64,000 bases of DNA from an uncultured Candidatus Rokubacteria bacterium (GTDB taxonomy: Bacteria > Methylomirabilota > Methylomirabilia > Rokubacteriales > DASRDR01), in NCBI GenBank assembly GCA_963708025.1, contig CAVPSB010000011.1, positions 1-64,000 on the forward strand, in the 5' to 3' direction. Numbering within the stretch: position 1 is the first letter of the stretch; each line of letters starts with the position of its first letter. The translations under genes and the position numbers were made by a program. Positions 59,954 through 64,000 of the stretch are shown in pieces. The notes under the pieces are model-generated. The model was given only the letters and a program-made list of their open reading frames with translations. It was not told the DNA's origin and made no database searches.

Positions 59954-60091
59954 GATCGCCCTCCTGAAATCAGAGGTTCGCGGACGGAATGGGCGGCCCA
60001 CGGCCGGGAGCCGGCACGTGGCCCAGAAGCCAGGATTGGGGCGATCTTAGCTCCACGCCGCCCACCCGGTCAAGACGGCTGGACGCTCCTG

Positions 60092-60472
60092 TCAGTGGCC
60101 CCCGGCGCCTTCGTAACCGATCAGCAGGTGCTCGGTGACGAGGGCGACGCCAGCACCCGGGCTGGCGCTCGCCCGATAGTACATGTACGGAATGCGAAGC
60201 GCCCTGGCAACGTAGCGCTCGGTGCCCCGAAAATACCACTCGCCCGGATACTCCTGGCTCTGGGCCTCCTCGAGGCGCAGGCCGTACAGGATGTTGACCG
60301 GCACGCGGGGAAGCGCGACATTCGGGGGCACGACCGGCGCGGGAACCGGATCGGGAATCAGAGGCGGCACGCCGATCCAGTTCTGATTCACGGGTGGTCC
60401 CGGGAGTGGTACCGCCGCGTACGGATTCATCACGTAGACGTACGGGCCCAGATTCGCGACCGGAACGGGCAT
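60092..60472 (-). CDS. Hypothetical Pro/Tyr-rich protein
   Basis: SD GGAGG; 126 aa ending EHLLIGYEGAGGH. Confidence 0.7.
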   Translation of the reverse strand: MPVPVANLGPYVYVMNPYAAVPLPGPPVNQNWIGVPPLIPDPVPAPVVPPNVALPRVPVNILYGLRLEEAQSQEYPGEWYFRGTERYVARALRIPYMYYRASASPGAGVALVTEHLLIGYEGAGGH

Positions 60473-60607
60473 GATGACCCTCCCTCTGGCGGCTAGGGGT
60501 CCGAGGCCACAGGGCGGGCGGCACTTGGTCGAGCCTGCGCATCGGCTCGCACAGGGCCGCTCCCTTTGTCAGAGGCGTTCGCGAGACCGAGCGGAGCCGG
60601 CCTCACC

Positions 60608-60727
60608 CTACTTCGTCGGCCTCTCCGTCCCTTCTTTCATGGCCTTCTGGAGGGCCGCCATCTCCGCATTCAACCGAGCGATCTGGTCCCTGATCGAGAT
60701 CAACAACGGCACGATCTGATCGACCAT
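60608..60727 (-). CDS. 39-aa coiled-coil micro-protein
   Basis: SD AAGGAGG; MVDQIVPLLISIRDQIARLNAEMAALQKAMKEGTERPTK. Confidence 0.6.
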   Translation of the reverse strand: MVDQIVPLLISIRDQIARLNAEMAALQKAMKEGTERPTK

Positions 60728-60868
60728 GGCTTCCTCCTTTGCACGATCGGGTTCTGCGCCAACAGGCCCCTCCGAGTCTATCGTCGGAGCGAGGAACGAA
60801 GCAAGGCCCACGCGGCTGCTCGCAAGCCCGTGCTCACGCGGGTTCCCGCGCGCCCGGTGGCCGGGCCG

Positions 60869-63800
60869 TCACGCGGACGGCGGGTCTTCCAGAGCGGCGA
60901 GGGCCGCTCGAACGCGCGGGGGTTCGTCCAGCGTCCCCAGTGTCTCGAAGAGCGCAAGGGCGTGCTCGAGGAGCACTCGCGCGCCCGCAGCGTCGCCGCC
61001 CACGTGGCACAGCTGGGCCTGGGCCACCCACGCCTTGGCCAGCTCGTCTCGGGCGCCCATGGTCTCGAGGATGCCCACCGCCCCCGCCAGGTGCACCGTC
61101 GCCGCCGCCCGATCCTCCAGCATCAGGATCTCGCCGAGCAGGCGCTCGGCCACGCCCTCCAGAAACCTATAGCCGCCTTCACGGCTCTTGTCGAGAACCT
61201 CCTCGAAGCAGGCCCGGGCTCGCTCGCGGTCGCCCAGCCGCAGGTATCCCTCGCCCAGCCGGATCACGAACGACCACCGCGTGTAGTGCAGCCGCGAGCG
61301 CTCGAACCAGGCGACCGCCTCGCCGAGCCCCGTGGTCCCGGCGGCGGCGTCTCCGCCCTTGACGAGCCCGTACCCTCTCATGGCTCCGACCATGGCAGCA
61401 TCGAAGGGGATCGGCGAGGAGGGCCAGGGCTTCCTCACAATACCGGAGCCCGGTCGTCGGGTCGCCCCGAAGGATGTGCGTCGAGCCGGTGCGCCACAAG
61501 CCCACAACCTTCAGACGGAGGTCGTTGACCGCCTGGCCATGATCGAGAGCACGGCGGCAGTAGTCCAAGGCACGCGCCCATTCGCCGAGGGCGTTGGCGG
61601 CGGTGCTCAGGACCCACAGCGTCCGGCAAGCCCACCACACGTCGCCACGGGCCTCGAAGCTCGCGAGGGCGCGCTCGCCGACGTCCACGGCGTCTCGCAG
61701 ATCGCCCGCCAGTCCGTACACGTGGGCGAGGCAACAGTCGGCGAACCCGCGGATGTCGTCGAGGCCGGCCGCATCGGCCAGCGCGGAAGCCTCGCGGCAA
61801 TAGCCGATGGCGACCTCCGGGCGGGCGCCGGTCAGGCTGTGGAGGAAGCCCGTCCAGTAGTACCAGGCGGCCCGGCGCCGGGGATCCGGGCAGCCCTCGA
61901 CCAGGTCCCGGATGCCCTCCAGCGCGCGAATGTGGTCCGCGTGCTCCCCCAGCGCGAACTTGACCTCCGCCTGCTTGACGACCGCGTCGATGCGTCGGAG
62001 CCGGTTCGCCTCGCCGTCCGGCATCCCGGCCAGGCGCTCGAGCGCCACGTCGAAGTGGGCCAGCGCCTGCGTGTTGGCCCACCGCCGCTGGGCCTTCTGG
62101 GCGGCGAGGATCGCGTAGTCGACCGCCTTCTCGTCCTCGCCGCTCTGCCGGTAGTGGTGCGCGAGCAGCTCGACGATCTCGTCGATCCGGCCCGCGTACT
62201 GCTGTTCGAGCACCGCCCCCACGGCCGCGTGGTAGCGCCGGCGATCCGGCTCGAGGAGGGTCGCGTAGGCCACCTCCCGGGTCAGCGTGTGCTTGAAGAC
62301 GTGGGCGGGCTCATCGAGCCCCATCTGCTCGACCAGGAACTCGTGCCGGGTCAGATCCCGGAGCCCGGCGGCGAGGTCACCGGGTCCGTCCCAGATCCCC
62401 GCCAGGAGCCGGAGCGGCACGTCCGGCCCGAGCACGGAGGCCGTCTGCAGCAGCCGCCGCAGCGGATCGGGCAGCCGGTCGATGCGCCCGAGGATGAGCT
62501 CCTGGATGGTGTCCGGGACCGCGGCGGCCACCTCCGGGTCCGCCTGCTCGCCAACGCTCCGGGCCAGCTCCTCGAGAAAGAACGGGTTCCCCTGCGCCTT
62601 GGCCACGATGCGCTCGGTCAGCTCGGGCGACAGCTCCCGCGCCCTCAGGGACGACCGGACCACCGCCAGGCTCTCCTCGGCCGAGAGCGGTCGCAGCACG
62701 ACCTGCGTCGCGTACGAGCGCTCCATCCAGGCGGGACGGTATCCCGGCCGGTAGGTGGCGATGCACATGATCGACGCCCGCCCGAAGCTCTCCACGAGCG
62801 AGGCGACGTATTCCTCCGACGTCCGGTCGATCCAGTGCAGGTCCTCGACCACCATGATCAGCGGGCGCGCGAGACTCGCCCTCAGGCTCATCTGCCGGAT
62901 GGTCTCGAAGGTCCGGGCGTTGATCACCTCCGGGCTCAGCGCATCGAGCGCGAGCCGTCCCCTCCTTCACACCCAGCAGGTGGAGGAGGCAGGGCGCCGA
63001 CCCCTCGTCCTCCATGCCCAGCTGCGAGAGCGCCGTGCCGACCTTCGTCCGGATCACCTCGGGGGTGTCGGTGTCGAGGATCGCGCAGCTGTCCCGGACC
63101 AGATCGAGCAGCGGCAGGTAGGGCATGGTCGTTCCGTAGGAGACGCAGTAACCCTCGAGGTACGTGACCCGCTGGTCGGCGAGGCTCTGGCGGAACTCCA
63201 GGAGGAGCCGGGACTTCCCGATGCCAGCCTCGCCGACGATCGCCACCACCTGGCCCTGCCCGCGCGCGGCCGACGTGAAAACGCCCCGGAGCAGCTCCAG
63301 CTCGTGCTGCCGCCCGACGAACCGGGCCATCCGCCGCTTCAGGCCGGCGCGGTCGAGCTTCCCGAGTCGGTAGCCCCGGCCGGTGGTCCCGGTCAGCGGC
63401 GCCGGGGAGAGCTCGAAGCGACGCTCCAGCAGCCGCGCCGCCGGCTCGCTGACCAGGATGGTCCCCGGCTCGGCGCCGGCCAGGAGGGCGTCGAGGACGA
63501 GCCATGCCGGTCGCTTGGCGTCCTGATCGATCTCGACCCGTGTGCCCAGCCGCCCGAGCAGGAACGGGCCGGCGTGGATCGCCGCCTTGACCGCGAACGG
63601 CGCGGCCAGCCCGTCCCACTGGCGCGCGGCCGCTCTCTGGATCGCCAGCGCGGCGTGGGCGGCCCGCGTGGGCGCGCCTTCCACGGGCTCCAGCCCGAAC
63701 GCGGCGACGATGCCGTTGAGTCCCAGCTCCACCAGGCGACCGCCGAAGGTCTGGACCTTTTCCACCACCAGGGCGAGCGGCCGACTCCGATCGGCATCCC

Positions 63801-64000
63801 CCGGGTCCTCGCCCGGCGACAGGAGCACCGCCCGCAGCAGCGTGACACGGCGGCGCTCCCACCGGACGACCGCCGCCGACGGGACCGGGGGCGGCGGCAC
63901 GGTCACCGGCGCGACGGCCAGGGGCACGGCGGGCGCCGGCGCGGGAGGCGGCGGGCCCGGGCGCGCCGCCCTGCGGGGACGAGGCGCGCCGCCACCCTCC
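60869..64000 (-). CDS. STAND-like multidomain protein: degenerate class III cyclase + AAA_16 ATPase + TPR (5' end outside window; frameshifted)
   Basis: WERRRVTLL, FVGRQHEL, GEAGIGKSRL, VVEDLHWID, GNPFFLEE, FKHTLTREVAY, TPR array. Confidence 0.88.

Noticed and set aside
60821-60836. TGAGCACGGGCTTGCG (minus strand) as a sigma54 promoter for the small genes
   Set aside because: It lacks the invariant GG and the exact GG-N10-GC spacing.
1-64000. Many 1-bp frameshifts (helicase, kaiC, kinases, KAS III, oppF, SBP, oppC, GT4, aldolase-SDR, STAND) as pseudogenes or programmed frameshifts
   Set aside because: They are scattered through otherwise intact genes with no in-frame stops and no common slippery motif. 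Most likely long-read consensus errors; read polishing would decide.
1-64000. Long Arg/Pro/Gly-rich ORFs in alternative or antisense frames (e.g. 29545..32049, 55591..58197, 57905..60496)
   Set aside because: Shadow ORFs expected in high-GC coding DNA; they overlap clearly recognisable genes.

Overview
GC-rich bacterial genomic window with no rRNA, tRNA or CRISPR array that I can see. Gene content and style suggest a soil bacterium such as Ca. Rokubacteria/Methylomirabilota; this is inference only. Many genes are split by 1-bp frameshifts that look like long-read consensus errors. Layout: (1-~5530) right end of a tyrosine-integrase element carrying a UvrD helicase, an Fe-S PD-(D/E)XK nuclease, an excisionase, an XRE regulator and the integrase. 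It appears to be inserted into a GAF histidine kinase gene just after its H-box. (6363-7993) ferredoxin, a receiver protein and a sigma54-type-promoter-driven micropeptide. (~8700-19680) a stress/signalling island: a KaiC-like ATPase operon lacking kaiA/kaiB, two kinases, a FixJ-like regulator, MnSOD, YtxH-like, DksA/TraR, Fet4-like, small membrane proteins, AI-2E and a truncated yihY, with a duplicated palindromic operator. (19724-25558) a subtilase followed by a stand-alone copy of its own prodomain, an FAH hydrolase and a KAS III with a large unknown N-terminal domain. (25863-38298) Opp/Dpp and Liv ABC transporters. (38509-45695) a MauG/BthA-like diheme protein, gene debris, an FmdB-GNAT-MshA-like cluster and EamA. 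(45795-59953) catabolic enzymes and a second Opp system. (60092-64000) two small orphans and a STAND-like dead-cyclase/AAA/TPR protein. Two intergenic repeat families occur, one showing compensatory stem changes.
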